DNA from: Pseudomonas phage BRkr
Sequence record: LC765218.1
Direction: 5' to 3' (one strand)
Length of the DNA stretch: 64,000 nt
Position 1 is the stretch's first letter. Each line of letters starts with the position of its first letter. Positions 21,511-30,725 of the stretch are shown in pieces. A program made the position numbers and the translations under genes. The notes beneath the pieces were generated by a model. It was not told where the DNA came from, searched no databases, and saw only the letters and a program-made list of their open reading frames with translations.

Positions 21511-21714
21511 ATGGCCATAACAATTCCCTACACCCGACTGGCTTCCTTTAAGAACCTCGACAAGAATCTACGTTGGGGTCAAGCTTTCCATAGTCACATG
21601 GAACTTCACAAAATCACCAATCCGGAAGATAAGGAGTGGTGTGATAAACTATGGAATGCTGATGATCGGACTGCCGCTGATCTTCTCGCATCTGTAGTTG
21701 ATTACAATAACTAA
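21511..21714 (+). CDS. hypothetical protein (67 aa)
   Basis: Small ORF tightly packed in the operon. Confidence 0.4.
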   Translation: MAITIPYTRLASFKNLDKNLRWGQAFHSHMELHKITNPEDKEWCDKLWNADDRTAADLLASVVDYNN

Positions 21715-21929
21715 TGATCGCTTTCGGTTTAGCTAGTCTGTTCTTTATTGCAATGATTTTAAATATCGGATATCTCTATTCGACAAAGCAATATGAACAT
21801 GAAAAGCTAGCTAGGTGTGACTCAGTTACATTGAAACGATCTAAGTGGTGGATACGCGTATTCAAAGGCGGGAGAAATACATTACTCGCTTTGTTCGTTG
21901 TAATCCTGGCAGACCACTTATTCAAGTAA
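21714..21929 (+). CDS. hypothetical membrane protein (71 aa, two hydrophobic segments)
   Basis: TAATG overlap. Hydrophobic helices FGLASLFFIAMILNIGYL and LLALFVVILA. Confidence 0.4.
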   Translation: MIAFGLASLFFIAMILNIGYLYSTKQYEHEKLARCDSVTLKRSKWWIRVFKGGRNTLLALFVVILADHLFK

Positions 21930-21933
21930 CACG

Positions 21934-21968
21934 ACATAAGCCCTCTCCTTCGGGAGAGGGCATTTATG
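21934..21968. terminator. bidirectional intrinsic terminator
   Basis: GCCCTCTCC-TTCG-GGAGAGGGC flanked by CATAAG and TTTATG, between convergent genes ending at 21929 and 21980. Confidence 0.6.
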
Positions 21969-21979
21969 TTTTTTTTTCT

Positions 21980-23224
21980 TTACCTGGAATAATAATTCCT
22001 GGTCATAGCTCGAAGAATAATGTAAAGCATGATCCCAGTACGGGTAGCTGCAATAACAGCTGGGTTCTTAATCTTCGTTGCTTCTTTCACCATTGCTTCA
22101 CCGGTGTCCCGCATAAAGAGTACACGTGGATCTTCTGAACGCGAAGCCATCAGCTTAGCACGGATCTTCACGATAATACCGTTTAGGTCGGTATTACGCT
22201 GTACAGAGGTTTTAATCGACTGCATGTAGTCAAACGCGTAGAGCAGACATTCATCAACTAGTTTCTCTAGATGACCCATTCTCGGTTGACCATAATTTCG
22301 CGACATGTACTGTAGCGATTCCACTAGAAGCTTTGGAGGCATAGCTGCCATTGAGTTCTCAATCACACCCAACAGCTCAGGTCTAATAAAGTTCTGTTCG
22401 TTGTTAACAACACCATGCATGTAGCGAAGATAACCCGAATAACCGTTAACTTTATCTCTTAGTATTTGATCTCCATCAGTATTGACACCAATGTCAGAGG
22501 TCATAACCAATCTAGAACCAGATTGTAAAGTACGGATATAAACTTCGTAGTATTTATTGATCAATTCACGAATACGTGACTGCGTGTCAGTTACAACGCG
22601 TTTCGACATATAACCGTCTTTATCCTCGATCTTATCATGAAGATACGAGTAATAAATATTCGAAGTGTCGTTCGAAGAAATCCCCTCGGAACGTTCACGA
22701 ATTAATTTTCCCCAGCTACCAATAGCTTTAATATCAAACTTGTAGTTAAGAGCAGCAAATGTCGCTTCGGCCACTTCACGCCTAGCCGGATATTTAAATC
22801 GTCTAACCAATAGAGATGTTAGATATTTAAAATGTAGCACCATGAAAGCGCATGTAATTGCTTCTTGTTTGATATTCAACGGAATGTCATTACGTTTATT
22901 CAGTTGGATCGTAAGATAACCTGGAATATGGTTGAATGGATCAGATGCCACAATGTGTGTAGGATCGATACCTTCAGCTTTAACGAAATCGTGACGGAGT
23001 AGATCGTCATCTACACGTAGCACGTCATCAAACCAAATCTCACGGTCAGTATCATAGAAGCGAACTTCTTGAACACCTAGAAGAACTCCACCAAAAAATG
23101 CAGAGTGATCTTCATTACGGTTCATGTAACGGACGGTGTAGTCGATGATTCGTTTGCAAAGGTCTCGGTCAAACTTGACATCTTCGAAATGCTTGTCAAG
23201 AACTTGACGAATAGTGAGAGCCAT
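21980..23224 (-). CDS. hypothetical protein (414 aa)
   Basis: Complete ORF with AAAGAGG Shine-Dalgarno. A lone minus-strand gene in a plus-strand region. Confidence 0.55.
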   Translation of the reverse strand: MALTIRQVLDKHFEDVKFDRDLCKRIIDYTVRYMNRNEDHSAFFGGVLLGVQEVRFYDTDREIWFDDVLRVDDDLLRHDFVKAEGIDPTHIVASDPFNHIPGYLTIQLNKRNDIPLNIKQEAITCAFMVLHFKYLTSLLVRRFKYPARREVAEATFAALNYKFDIKAIGSWGKLIRERSEGISSNDTSNIYYSYLHDKIEDKDGYMSKRVVTDTQSRIRELINKYYEVYIRTLQSGSRLVMTSDIGVNTDGDQILRDKVNGYSGYLRYMHGVVNNEQNFIRPELLGVIENSMAAMPPKLLVESLQYMSRNYGQPRMGHLEKLVDECLLYAFDYMQSIKTSVQRNTDLNGIIVKIRAKLMASRSEDPRVLFMRDTGEAMVKEATKIKNPAVIAATRTGIMLYIILRAMTRNYYSR

Positions 23225-23260
23225 GGTTATACCTCTTTGATTAATCAGATCATTGCGCTA

Positions 23261-23284
23261 AAAAATATCTTAGATCTATATTAC
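23261..23284 (+). promoter_or_regulatory. early-promoter-like element AAAAATATCTTAGATCTATATTAC
   Basis: AGATCT-containing subclass, shared with the elements at 47836 and 57294. Confidence 0.55.
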
Positions 23285-23323
23285 ATGCAAGCTAAACATT
23301 CCGTTAAAAAGAGGTTTTGCAAT

Positions 23324-24328
23324 ATGTCCAATGTTGTTGTAAAAGAAGAAGCTGTAAAACATGAAGAACCCAAATTCACCTGGGAAAACTGGTCAGCTAA
23401 ATATGTTGGTCTTGATCTGATCGAACCTGGTGTTCATGGCAACCTACTGGTAAGTGATTGGTATAATACCGGCTATGAAAATACCCAGGTTTCTGTAAAT
23501 CAATGTCCAAGACTAAATCAGTATATCTTCGATCTTAATACCCGAAAGATGATTGGTGCTATTGGCATCATTCGTAAATACGGGGGTGGTTATAATGGAT
23601 TCGGTGAAGAGGATGGTTATTACGAACCTTACCGTAATTCCAGTAATTCTATTGTTCTACGGAGCACCGATTTCACCAAGGTGTCGGTAAGTAAAGAACT
23701 AGCCACGCTTTATGGCGAGTATGCTGAGAAGAGTCCGGCTGGTAGTGAGCTATTGAAGCTCCTTGCTAAGGTATCAGACGAATTGGCCGGTAAAGGTTAT
23801 GCATTGAATTACCTTCACTCTGAACAGCAAGCAAACCGGACTATTGACGCAAAGCCTTACGCAAACGTCCGGATCGATTACGCTGGTAGTGATGTAATGG
23901 TGCAGCTCGATTCCACCATTGGTGAAGCTTCAAATGGCATCGTTGATAAACTGGCTCCCCTGTACCCTGACAATCTGTATGTTCTTGAAAACTACAGTTA
24001 TTCGCATCGGCGTGTGGATGTCGTTAGTCAGGTTGGTGGCATTCTTAAACGTAAGTACACAATTTGTCATTTTGAACATTACTCTGTAATCGACCAGCAA
24101 ACGGCATTCGTTGAACCTCTTACTCAAGAGCGCATTGAACAACTGCTAGTTAGTTACGCAAATCAACCTTCTAGTATTGATGCAAAAGAAATCATGGATA
24201 CTCTCCATGTCCTCGGTGCCACTAAACTGGTATCTGTTTCTAAGTCCATTCGTCATTACGAGACTATCATTAGTCTCCGTGCCATTGACGATAACAAAGA
24301 CGAAGTAACCATCACCATTGATTTCTAA
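23324..24328 (+). CDS. hypothetical protein (334 aa)
   Basis: ATG at 23324 preceded by AAAAAGAGG. The track ORF extends upstream across the promoter, which is unlikely. Confidence 0.55.
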   Translation: MSNVVVKEEAVKHEEPKFTWENWSAKYVGLDLIEPGVHGNLLVSDWYNTGYENTQVSVNQCPRLNQYIFDLNTRKMIGAIGIIRKYGGGYNGFGEEDGYYEPYRNSSNSIVLRSTDFTKVSVSKELATLYGEYAEKSPAGSELLKLLAKVSDELAGKGYALNYLHSEQQANRTIDAKPYANVRIDYAGSDVMVQLDSTIGEASNGIVDKLAPLYPDNLYVLENYSYSHRRVDVVSQVGGILKRKYTICHFEHYSVIDQQTAFVEPLTQERIEQLLVSYANQPSSIDAKEIMDTLHVLGATKLVSVSKSIRHYETIISLRAIDDNKDEVTITIDF

Positions 24329-24337
24329 GGAGTTATC

Positions 24338-24964
24338 ATGTCTCAACCAACCCTGCGTAATGAAGAAGTAACTTTCAAATCCCCAAGTAAGTCTGACGTT
24401 GTCGCACTGTATCTGGATGGAATGATGCGCAATGTTGGTTCCCGCTGGAAGTATGAGCAAGATGGGAATGTATTCCGTTTCTTGATTAATGGTGAGTATG
24501 CCAGTGACTGCATTGAAGTTTACGATAGTTCGACTATCGAAATTCCCATGTCCGCTGTTGATCTAACTCCCACGGAAATTCATCGCCTTTGGTTAGGCTC
24601 TGGTAGCATGTCTACCTTTGCATTGTCTAAAGCGATGGCTGTTATCACGGATATCGAGATCACCGCAAATAGTCTTCACCAGAAGACTGCTGTTCGAGCT
24701 CGATTCAGTTATGATGAACTCTCTGAAACTCATTACATCCAATGCCAGAACGTTCTGTTCGTTGTAAAGGCATATGTGGATGAGACATACATGATTCCGA
24801 ACGAGGCTGTGTTTGCTTACATGTCAAATGTAGCTGAACGTGAGATGGACGAGACTGATATCATCCGTCTGAAGCTGGATAAAGGTCTTCTTGTCATTGA
24901 ACTTAATGGGGTTGATTTCAAAACCATGCTCTGGCCAGAAGCATTCGTTAAAGTGTTTGGATAG
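24338..24964 (+). CDS. hypothetical protein (208 aa)
   Basis: Complete ORF. Confidence 0.5.
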   Translation: MSQPTLRNEEVTFKSPSKSDVVALYLDGMMRNVGSRWKYEQDGNVFRFLINGEYASDCIEVYDSSTIEIPMSAVDLTPTEIHRLWLGSGSMSTFALSKAMAVITDIEITANSLHQKTAVRARFSYDELSETHYIQCQNVLFVVKAYVDETYMIPNEAVFAYMSNVAEREMDETDIIRLKLDKGLLVIELNGVDFKTMLWPEAFVKVFG

Positions 24965-24967
24965 TTC

Positions 24968-25354
24968 ATGTTAGAGATTGGTGAAATTCGACATGAAGTA
25001 ATTGGTGAGTTCATAAAGGTCGAGAGGACACATGTTGTCCTCCCTGACTATCTTGAATCTCTTCTCGATTACGAGGGTAATATACGAACGTTGTTAACCA
25101 GTAAAGCTTTCGCTTGCACTAGGAAAGCCTATGGTATTTGGTTTGATGGTGATTTGCGTGGTTATGCTATTCTCTATACACCGGAGATGCATTTGGACTG
25201 TCTGTATATAGCAGAGTCAGCCCAAGGTATGGGGTATGGTGAACAGCTAGTACGATACATTCAAGCCAAGAAAGTTTTTGTACACAAAAAGAATGAAGCA
25301 GCTATAGCGCTTTATAAGAAAATTGGTTTAGTCATTGAGTTTGATGACGAATAA
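24968..25354 (+). CDS. GNAT-family N-acetyltransferase
   Basis: Acetyl-CoA motif A, LYIAESAQGMGYGEQLVRYI, then HKKNEAAIALYKKIGL. 128 aa. Confidence 0.7.
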   Translation: MLEIGEIRHEVIGEFIKVERTHVVLPDYLESLLDYEGNIRTLLTSKAFACTRKAYGIWFDGDLRGYAILYTPEMHLDCLYIAESAQGMGYGEQLVRYIQAKKVFVHKKNEAAIALYKKIGLVIEFDDE

Positions 25355-25462
25355 ATACTGAGATCCAGTATTTAATACAGGTTAGATTTCCCTGTTGTCT
25401 ATTTTGCATGAACGTTGCAAACGTTTTTTTGCATTCCGCAAAGACAACATAAAGGTGAAATC

Positions 25463-25810
25463 ATGTACTTCGGTATTTTTGAAAATGAGCAAGATGTAAT
25501 TTCTGAGTTCGGTCTGACTAATGGTGAACTTGATAATGCTACCATTCTTTTTGCGTGGTATGAATACGAGGATTACTCGGGTAGTGCTTTCGTGCTCTTT
25601 GAGCGCGATGGTAAATACTACGAGGTCCACGGTTCACATTGCAGCTGCTATGGGCTCAGTCCGGGCAGTGGTGGTGATAATCAATGGGATCCCGAAGAAT
25701 GTTCCGTAGAGTCCCTGAAAAAGACTACTCAGAATAGCTACTACCTCCATGGGGTTCGCCCCGCTTGGGAGAAGTTTCTTGCTTCCCTGGATGAACAGGT
25801 GAAATCTTAA
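25463..25810 (+). CDS. hypothetical protein (115 aa; HGSHCSCYGL Cys/His cluster)
   Basis: ATG at 25463 with AAAGGTGAAA Shine-Dalgarno. The track ORF begins at an upstream TTG. Confidence 0.5.
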   Translation: MYFGIFENEQDVISEFGLTNGELDNATILFAWYEYEDYSGSAFVLFERDGKYYEVHGSHCSCYGLSPGSGGDNQWDPEECSVESLKKTTQNSYYLHGVRPAWEKFLASLDEQVKS

Positions 25811-25817
25811 CCTGGCA

Positions 25818-25848
25818 TTGGCCTCTCCTTCGGGAGAGGCTATATGTC
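25818..25848 (+). terminator. intrinsic terminator
   Basis: GCCTCTCC-TTCG-GGAGAGGC then TATATGTCG. Confidence 0.55.
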
Positions 25849-25897
25849 GCCTTTTTCTTTTATCATGTGAACGCCAAATATAATTGAAGAGGTGCGT

Positions 25898-26659
25898 ATG
25901 AGTTGTTGTGCTCAGAGAGAAATCCCGGATACATCGATTGACCTGGATGGACTAGGTAGCGATTGTGATGTTTGGGCCCATCTCAAAGACATGTTTGATT
26001 ATCTCAAAGAAGAACGAGCTGGTGCCATTCCATGTGATATGACCCGGTATAGCGTTCAACATTCTTTGGTTGATGCCATGACGTACTTATTCGTTATCAC
26101 CGATCATCTGACTGGTGAAACGATTGAATACACCGTTGTAAAAGAATTTACAAAAGAAGGCCCGCAGGAAGCGTTTGAACGTGATTATCGTGAAAGAGAG
26201 CTACGGTATAACCGTGGTATCGTTCGCGCACTAGAGGATCATTTAGAGGCCCTACAAGAAGCACATCCAGATGATGGATATAAGCTTCGGAGGACCAAAG
26301 ATGGTTATCGTATTTTCCGACCAATCCAAAAAGATTTGGGTGTTGTTGTATTCAAGGTAGATTATGAAGTTGAAGATGGTCCTGTGATCATGCCTAGAAT
26401 TGCATCAGCAACAGAATTTCCGGATGTCCCCGGTGAGCTTGGTAGATCTATTGAACTACTGATTAAACGTTTTAGTAAACTCGGGGTCGTGTTCGAGGAA
26501 GAAGTGAAAGACGAACACGTAAATGATTACCGTGAAGTATCGTTAACTGGACGCGCATTCCGATCTCCATGGAACCATATGAAGATTACGATCAGTTATC
26601 AAGAGATCGCGTTGGATGATGACAAACTTCGCCGTTATCACGAATATTACACAATCTAA
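25898..26659 (+). CDS. hypothetical protein (253 aa)
   Basis: ATG with GAAGAGG Shine-Dalgarno. Confidence 0.5.
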   Translation: MSCCAQREIPDTSIDLDGLGSDCDVWAHLKDMFDYLKEERAGAIPCDMTRYSVQHSLVDAMTYLFVITDHLTGETIEYTVVKEFTKEGPQEAFERDYRERELRYNRGIVRALEDHLEALQEAHPDDGYKLRRTKDGYRIFRPIQKDLGVVVFKVDYEVEDGPVIMPRIASATEFPDVPGELGRSIELLIKRFSKLGVVFEEEVKDEHVNDYREVSLTGRAFRSPWNHMKITISYQEIALDDDKLRRYHEYYTI

Positions 26660-26668
26660 GGATTTAAC

Positions 26669-26974
26669 ATGGCAACACAATTTGAAGTTACCTTGGAAGA
26701 AATAAAAGCCGAACTAGGTACCCCTCTAGAAATCGTTCCAATGGTCCTACATAAGCTTTTTCAACTTCCCTATGACTTACCCTATCCAAGTAAGATTCTC
26801 TTCGAAGAACAACGTCTGGAGAGCAATAAACCACGTCTACTGATCCGTAATAAAGATAGTATCGTAATCGGTATCGCTTTAGAACCTACAGTTGACAAAG
26901 CCTCTATCTTAACTTACATTAAGAAGGCTGCTCCCACAATAATGGATCTTCGTCCATGGGTTGAACGCGAGTAA
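26669..26974 (+). CDS. hypothetical protein (101 aa)
   Basis: Complete ORF. Confidence 0.45.
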   Translation: MATQFEVTLEEIKAELGTPLEIVPMVLHKLFQLPYDLPYPSKILFEEQRLESNKPRLLIRNKDSIVIGIALEPTVDKASILTYIKKAAPTIMDLRPWVERE

Positions 26975-26979
26975 TATAA

Positions 26980-27008
26980 ACGCCTCCCTTCGGGGAGGCT
27001 TTATGTTG
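26980..27008 (+). terminator. intrinsic terminator
   Basis: GCCTCCC-TTCG-GGGAGGC then TTTATGTTG. Confidence 0.55.
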
Positions 27009-27014
27009 TATTTG

Positions 27015-27032
27015 TTTTTAAATCTATATTAC
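27015..27032 (+). promoter_or_regulatory. early-promoter-like element TTTTTAAATCTATATTAC
   Basis: Member of the ATCTATATTAC family, 35 nt upstream of the ATG at 27067. Confidence 0.5.
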
Positions 27033-27066
27033 TAAAATGATATTCAATCACTAAATAGGAGTTACG

Positions 27067-27852
27067 ATGAGCAATATTGATTTTAGTTTTAACGCAAAAG
27101 AATTAGGGCTCACCAAAAACCATCTAGACACCATCTGGTTCGATATTACAGGTAATGGCGCCTTGGATGCGTACAACATCCGTGTACAGGTGGAAAGCCA
27201 CAGTGGTTGGAGTAAACCAACTGTCACGTTCGAAGGACGAGATCGTTCTTACTTGAACGTACGTGGATTGAATTCTTCTTTCAATGAGGAATCGTACGTT
27301 GCCCATGTTAAGTCTTTGTTGCGTGACGTTTACATTGAAAAATGTGGGTGGATCGAACAACGTATTCAACGTGCGTATCGTGATGTAGTAGATGAGTTCT
27401 CTGACCGTGGCTTCTTGTCTAATACTACTGGTGTGTACCAGGTGATTACAGACGCCTCTGATAAACCGGTTAATTTCCAGATCATGGGTTTGGTATCGTC
27501 CTATGTATTTGGTGATCTCGATGAAGAGACTGATTCTATTCGTAAACTGGAAAACAATAATGTCTTACATTATCCGCAATGGGTTCGTCCAGAGGTTCTG
27601 CGTTTTGCGGAGGTAGCTAAACGACGGCTTGAATGGTTGACTGGTAGCAAGGGTGTCAAATCGTTCGTACACGTAATGAAAAACGATGCGAATGAATACA
27701 CCCGTTCTGTTGTTATCGCAGTTGATGATGTCGAAAGTATCTATCATGGAGTTGCAGTTGGATTCATGATGCATCCTATCCGTTACTTTGATATGGATAG
27801 GCTGGCTTGGGATCCTAAGTTTGTCTCCATGATCAAGCTTAGTAATCGTTAA
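27067..27852 (+). CDS. hypothetical protein (261 aa)
   Basis: Complete ORF. Confidence 0.5.
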   Translation: MSNIDFSFNAKELGLTKNHLDTIWFDITGNGALDAYNIRVQVESHSGWSKPTVTFEGRDRSYLNVRGLNSSFNEESYVAHVKSLLRDVYIEKCGWIEQRIQRAYRDVVDEFSDRGFLSNTTGVYQVITDASDKPVNFQIMGLVSSYVFGDLDEETDSIRKLENNNVLHYPQWVRPEVLRFAEVAKRRLEWLTGSKGVKSFVHVMKNDANEYTRSVVIAVDDVESIYHGVAVGFMMHPIRYFDMDRLAWDPKFVSMIKLSNR

Positions 27853-27854
27853 GG

Positions 27855-27900
27855 CATAAAGCCCTCTCCTTCGGGAGAGGGTTATTCCACTTTATTTTTT
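27855..27900 (+). terminator. intrinsic terminator with T8 run
   Basis: GCCCTCTCC-TTCG-GGAGAGGG then ttattccactttatttttttt. Confidence 0.55.
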
Positions 27901-28160
27901 TCGCGGGGCCGGCCGCGCATAAGTAACTTGTTGTTAAAGAATAGATATCTTTAATAAAGAGTATTTTCCTTATTAAATGCTTTTTCTTTAAAAGAAATTT
28001 TATATAAATAGTAATTATATGTGGGGGGGACCCTTTGGGGGGGTCCCATATATAATTTCCTTATTCTTTAGTACGGGGTAGGGAAACAAAAACGACTATG
28101 TCGCAAAACTTGGAAGAGGGTGTCGTGGGGCTACAAAGCCCCATCCACCCAGTAGTAAAA

Positions 28161-28181
28161 ATTATTTCAAATCTATATTAC
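28161..28181 (+). promoter_or_regulatory. early-promoter-like element ATTATTTCAAATCTATATTAC
   Basis: TTTCAAATCTATAT subclass, shared with the elements at 35931 and 45951. Confidence 0.5.
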
Positions 28182-28220
28182 TTAGTTGAATATTAACTCG
28201 TAAAACTGGAAAAACCGAAA

Positions 28221-28442
28221 ATGAAAACATTGCTCCCTGATTCTTTGTTCTTGGTTAACAACGACGAAGACGTCCATGAGTTGATCAAACAGATGTACAT
28301 TAAGTTCAAAGTCGACATGGTCTCCCCTAAGACGATTCTCTGTTCTTATCCGTCAGTGATAATGGCAACGGTTAGTAAAGAGTATCAATCTCCAACGACC
28401 CTGATTATTCGTGTGGTACCCATTTCTGAAATTCTAACCTGA
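28221..28442 (+). CDS. hypothetical protein (73 aa)
   Basis: First ORF after the promoter element. Confidence 0.4.
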   Translation: MKTLLPDSLFLVNNDEDVHELIKQMYIKFKVDMVSPKTILCSYPSVIMATVSKEYQSPTTLIIRVVPISEILT

Positions 28443-28452
28443 GGAAGTACAA

Positions 28453-28581
28453 ATGAGCGCTATCAATTACAACCGCCTGATGCAACATGCTATCGACAAC
28501 GGTGGCAAATTGGAACTGGTTATCCATGCAAGTGGTAACGGGTTTACTTTCTTGGTCCTTCCTAAAGAGGAATCGAAATGA
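28453..28581 (+). CDS. hypothetical small protein (42 aa)
   Basis: Not in the track because it is under 60 aa. GAGGAAG Shine-Dalgarno. Its stop overlaps the next start as ATGA, so it is translationally coupled. Confidence 0.35.
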   Translation: MSAINYNRLMQHAIDNGGKLELVIHASGNGFTFLVLPKEESK

Positions 28582-29342
28582 AATCTATTGGCGAAGCACT
28601 TCCAGCCATCAAAGATATCTTCAAGAACTTCCTGGTTATTGAAAACGTAGATGAAATCACCTTTGGTGCAGTTAACCCAGTTACCAACGATATCTTTCTG
28701 AAAGTATCGGAATGGAACGTAACACAGGAAGACTTCGAACTGACTTACAAACCTAGTGAGACAAATATTGAAATCACTAAACAGAATCTAGGTTCGTTCT
28801 TCAGTGTAATTGGTCAACGTAATACAGTTCATCAATTGGGAGAACATTATCAGAAGCTTATTGAACTGATGATTGCTGAAGGATATAAATTCTTCGATGT
28901 CCAAAGTTCTTGGAGCTTCGATACCGGTGTTCATTCGGTTAGTTATTATAAACCCAGTGAGTGGATCAAACAGGAAATCGGTCGTATTACTTTCTACAGT
29001 AATGATCGAGTATATCAGCTTCTAGTTCCTGAGAATACGTCATCTGCGATTAAACATGTCGAAGTTGATGAATACTGTCGTCCAAAGACAATCACGTTCT
29101 TGGATCTGAATACACTGAAGGTTAGTGAACGACACGAGTTTGACTTCGAGTCAATTCCGAAGATTTATCGGATAACGCCGACAATCAGGAATTTTGCTAA
29201 TCTGGATAGTGTATCCATTGTTAACACCATGGTTCACGATAACTGTACGGTAACCTTGATGGTAGGTTACTATCTTGGAGTCGATGTTCAGGTTAAAGTC
29301 TATCTCAATTCGTTCAAAGACCAAGAGCTAGTTCTTAGCTAA
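28578..29342 (+). CDS. hypothetical protein (254 aa)
   Basis: Complete ORF upstream of PhuZ. Confidence 0.5.
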   Translation: MKSIGEALPAIKDIFKNFLVIENVDEITFGAVNPVTNDIFLKVSEWNVTQEDFELTYKPSETNIEITKQNLGSFFSVIGQRNTVHQLGEHYQKLIELMIAEGYKFFDVQSSWSFDTGVHSVSYYKPSEWIKQEIGRITFYSNDRVYQLLVPENTSSAIKHVEVDEYCRPKTITFLDLNTLKVSERHEFDFESIPKIYRITPTIRNFANLDSVSIVNTMVHDNCTVTLMVGYYLGVDVQVKVYLNSFKDQELVLS

Positions 29343-29488
29343 CAAATACCGGAGTTACGGTTAATATGTGTGACAATGGAGCGTTTGATAGTATTCATTT
29401 TGGGATGAACAGCAAGACTGTGCTCAATGAACAAGAACGCGACACGCTAGTTACAATTCAAGAAGGTTAATCAAGAGGAAACGTGGAA

Positions 29489-30436
29489 ATGACTAAAGTA
29501 AAAACTCGTGTATACTGCTGTGGTGGTGCTGGTCTGAATATTGGTGTAAACCTTCAATGGCATCCGGATCTGGTATACATTGACACCTGCGATAAGAACG
29601 TAAGTTCTAGTCATGATATCGATCGTGTCTTTTTGACCGAGGGTACTCGTGGGGCAGGTAAGAACCGTGCATTCATCATGCCTAAGGTTCGCCATCAGAT
29701 TGCACCTTTCCTTGAACGATATCCAGCTGGCGATTTCAATATCGTCCTGTTTTCTATGGGCGGTGGTTCTGGTTCTGTTCTTGGTCCGCTGATTGTATCG
29801 GCTCTGGCTAAAGCTGGTGAAACTGTAATTCCGGTCGTTGTCAGTGGTATTGAATCTACTGAGGTTCTGCAAAACGATATCGATACCATGAAGACTCTGG
29901 AAGGTATCGCTGCTGCAACCAACACCCCGATCAACATCTGTCCGATCGAAAACGTGAACGGCGTTCCGTATTCCGAAATCGACAAAGATGCGGTATTTGC
30001 TGTCCATGCTCTGATTTACCTGTCTAATCAGAAACATGAACGTCTCGATGTACTTGATCTGGATCACTGGGCACGCTTCACTAGTAAGCATAGTTACATC
30101 CAACCGCAACTGTGTGAACTGCATATCCATACTTCTCGTCAAGAAGCAGCTTCTGTCCCTGAGATGATTTCTGTCGCATCCCTGTACACAGATGCTTCCA
30201 AAGAAGTAGCTTATGGTAATCCGTTTGTTCGGACTGTGGGTATCGCATCCCCTGACGACGAAGACGCTCTGTCTGAGCAACTGCACTTCGTTATCAACTC
30301 GGTTGGTATCCAAGAGCGGATTAAGTCTCTCCTGGATCAAAAACAGGAACATCATCGTCAGCAAGTTCGTTACACCCAACGTGCTGCGATCGTTGATATC
30401 GATGACAACCGTTCTGATGATGGTTTCGTCCTCTAA
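29489..30436 (+). CDS. phuZ: phage tubulin PhuZ (FtsZ/tubulin-like GTPase)
   Basis: N-terminal nucleotide-binding VYCCGGAGLNIG and the tubulin signature loop SMGGGSGSVLGPL (GGGTGSG-like). About 315 aa, as I recall for the 201phi2-1 PhuZ (from memory). Acidic C-terminal tail DIDDNRSDDGFVL, resembling the acidic tail used for filament contacts. Alternative GTG start at 29483. Confidence 0.8.
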   Translation: MTKVKTRVYCCGGAGLNIGVNLQWHPDLVYIDTCDKNVSSSHDIDRVFLTEGTRGAGKNRAFIMPKVRHQIAPFLERYPAGDFNIVLFSMGGGSGSVLGPLIVSALAKAGETVIPVVVSGIESTEVLQNDIDTMKTLEGIAAATNTPINICPIENVNGVPYSEIDKDAVFAVHALIYLSNQKHERLDVLDLDHWARFTSKHSYIQPQLCELHIHTSRQEAASVPEMISVASLYTDASKEVAYGNPFVRTVGIASPDDEDALSEQLHFVINSVGIQERIKSLLDQKQEHHRQQVRYTQRAAIVDIDDNRSDDGFVL

Positions 30437-30441
30437 ATAAC

Positions 30442-30467
30442 TGGGGAGCTTCGGCTCCCCTTTTATT
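30442..30467 (+). terminator. intrinsic terminator
   Basis: GGGGAGC-TTCG-GCTCCCC then TTTTATT, directly after phuZ. Confidence 0.55.
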
Positions 30468-30482
30468 CCGTCTGGAGGTTTC

Positions 30483-30725
30483 ATGAGTTGGATCTTAGCT
30501 ACCATTGTCTCTACAGGAGCTATTGGCGAATTACCTGTAGTTAAAGAAGAAGAAGTTTCTGTGTCTTCCATTGAGGTGTGTAGAGCCATCATCGACCAAC
30601 ACAGTTCTTTGTATACCCGGAATAATTGGAATATCAGTTACCACCGTGGCGATAACAGTGAACTCCACGTTATAAACATGAATCGAACGACAAAGATTAT
30701 ATTTGTTTGTAAGGAGAAGAAATGA
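30483..30725 (+). CDS. hypothetical protein (80 aa)
   Basis: Small ORF. Confidence 0.35.
   Translation: MSWILATIVSTGAIGELPVVKEEEVSVSSIEVCRAIIDQHSSLYTRNNWNISYHRGDNSELHVINMNRTTKIIFVCKEKK

Noticed and set aside
25382-25630. 82-aa minus-strand ORF
   Set aside because: It is antisense to the better-supported plus-strand gene at 25463-25810, which has a Shine-Dalgarno. It has no start context.
26969-26976. Minus-strand TATATTAC match
   Set aside because: It overlaps the stop-codon region of a plus-strand gene and has no minus-strand gene downstream, so it is a coincidental AT-rich match.
27902-27917. GGCCGGCC (FseI-type 8-bp site) inside a GC hairpin in an AT-rich gap, which might have been an engineered insertion or cloning scar
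   Set aside because: It is embedded in a natural-looking inverted repeat (CGCGG/CCGCG) with no vector-like flanks. The surrounding sequence is typical phage intergenic DNA.
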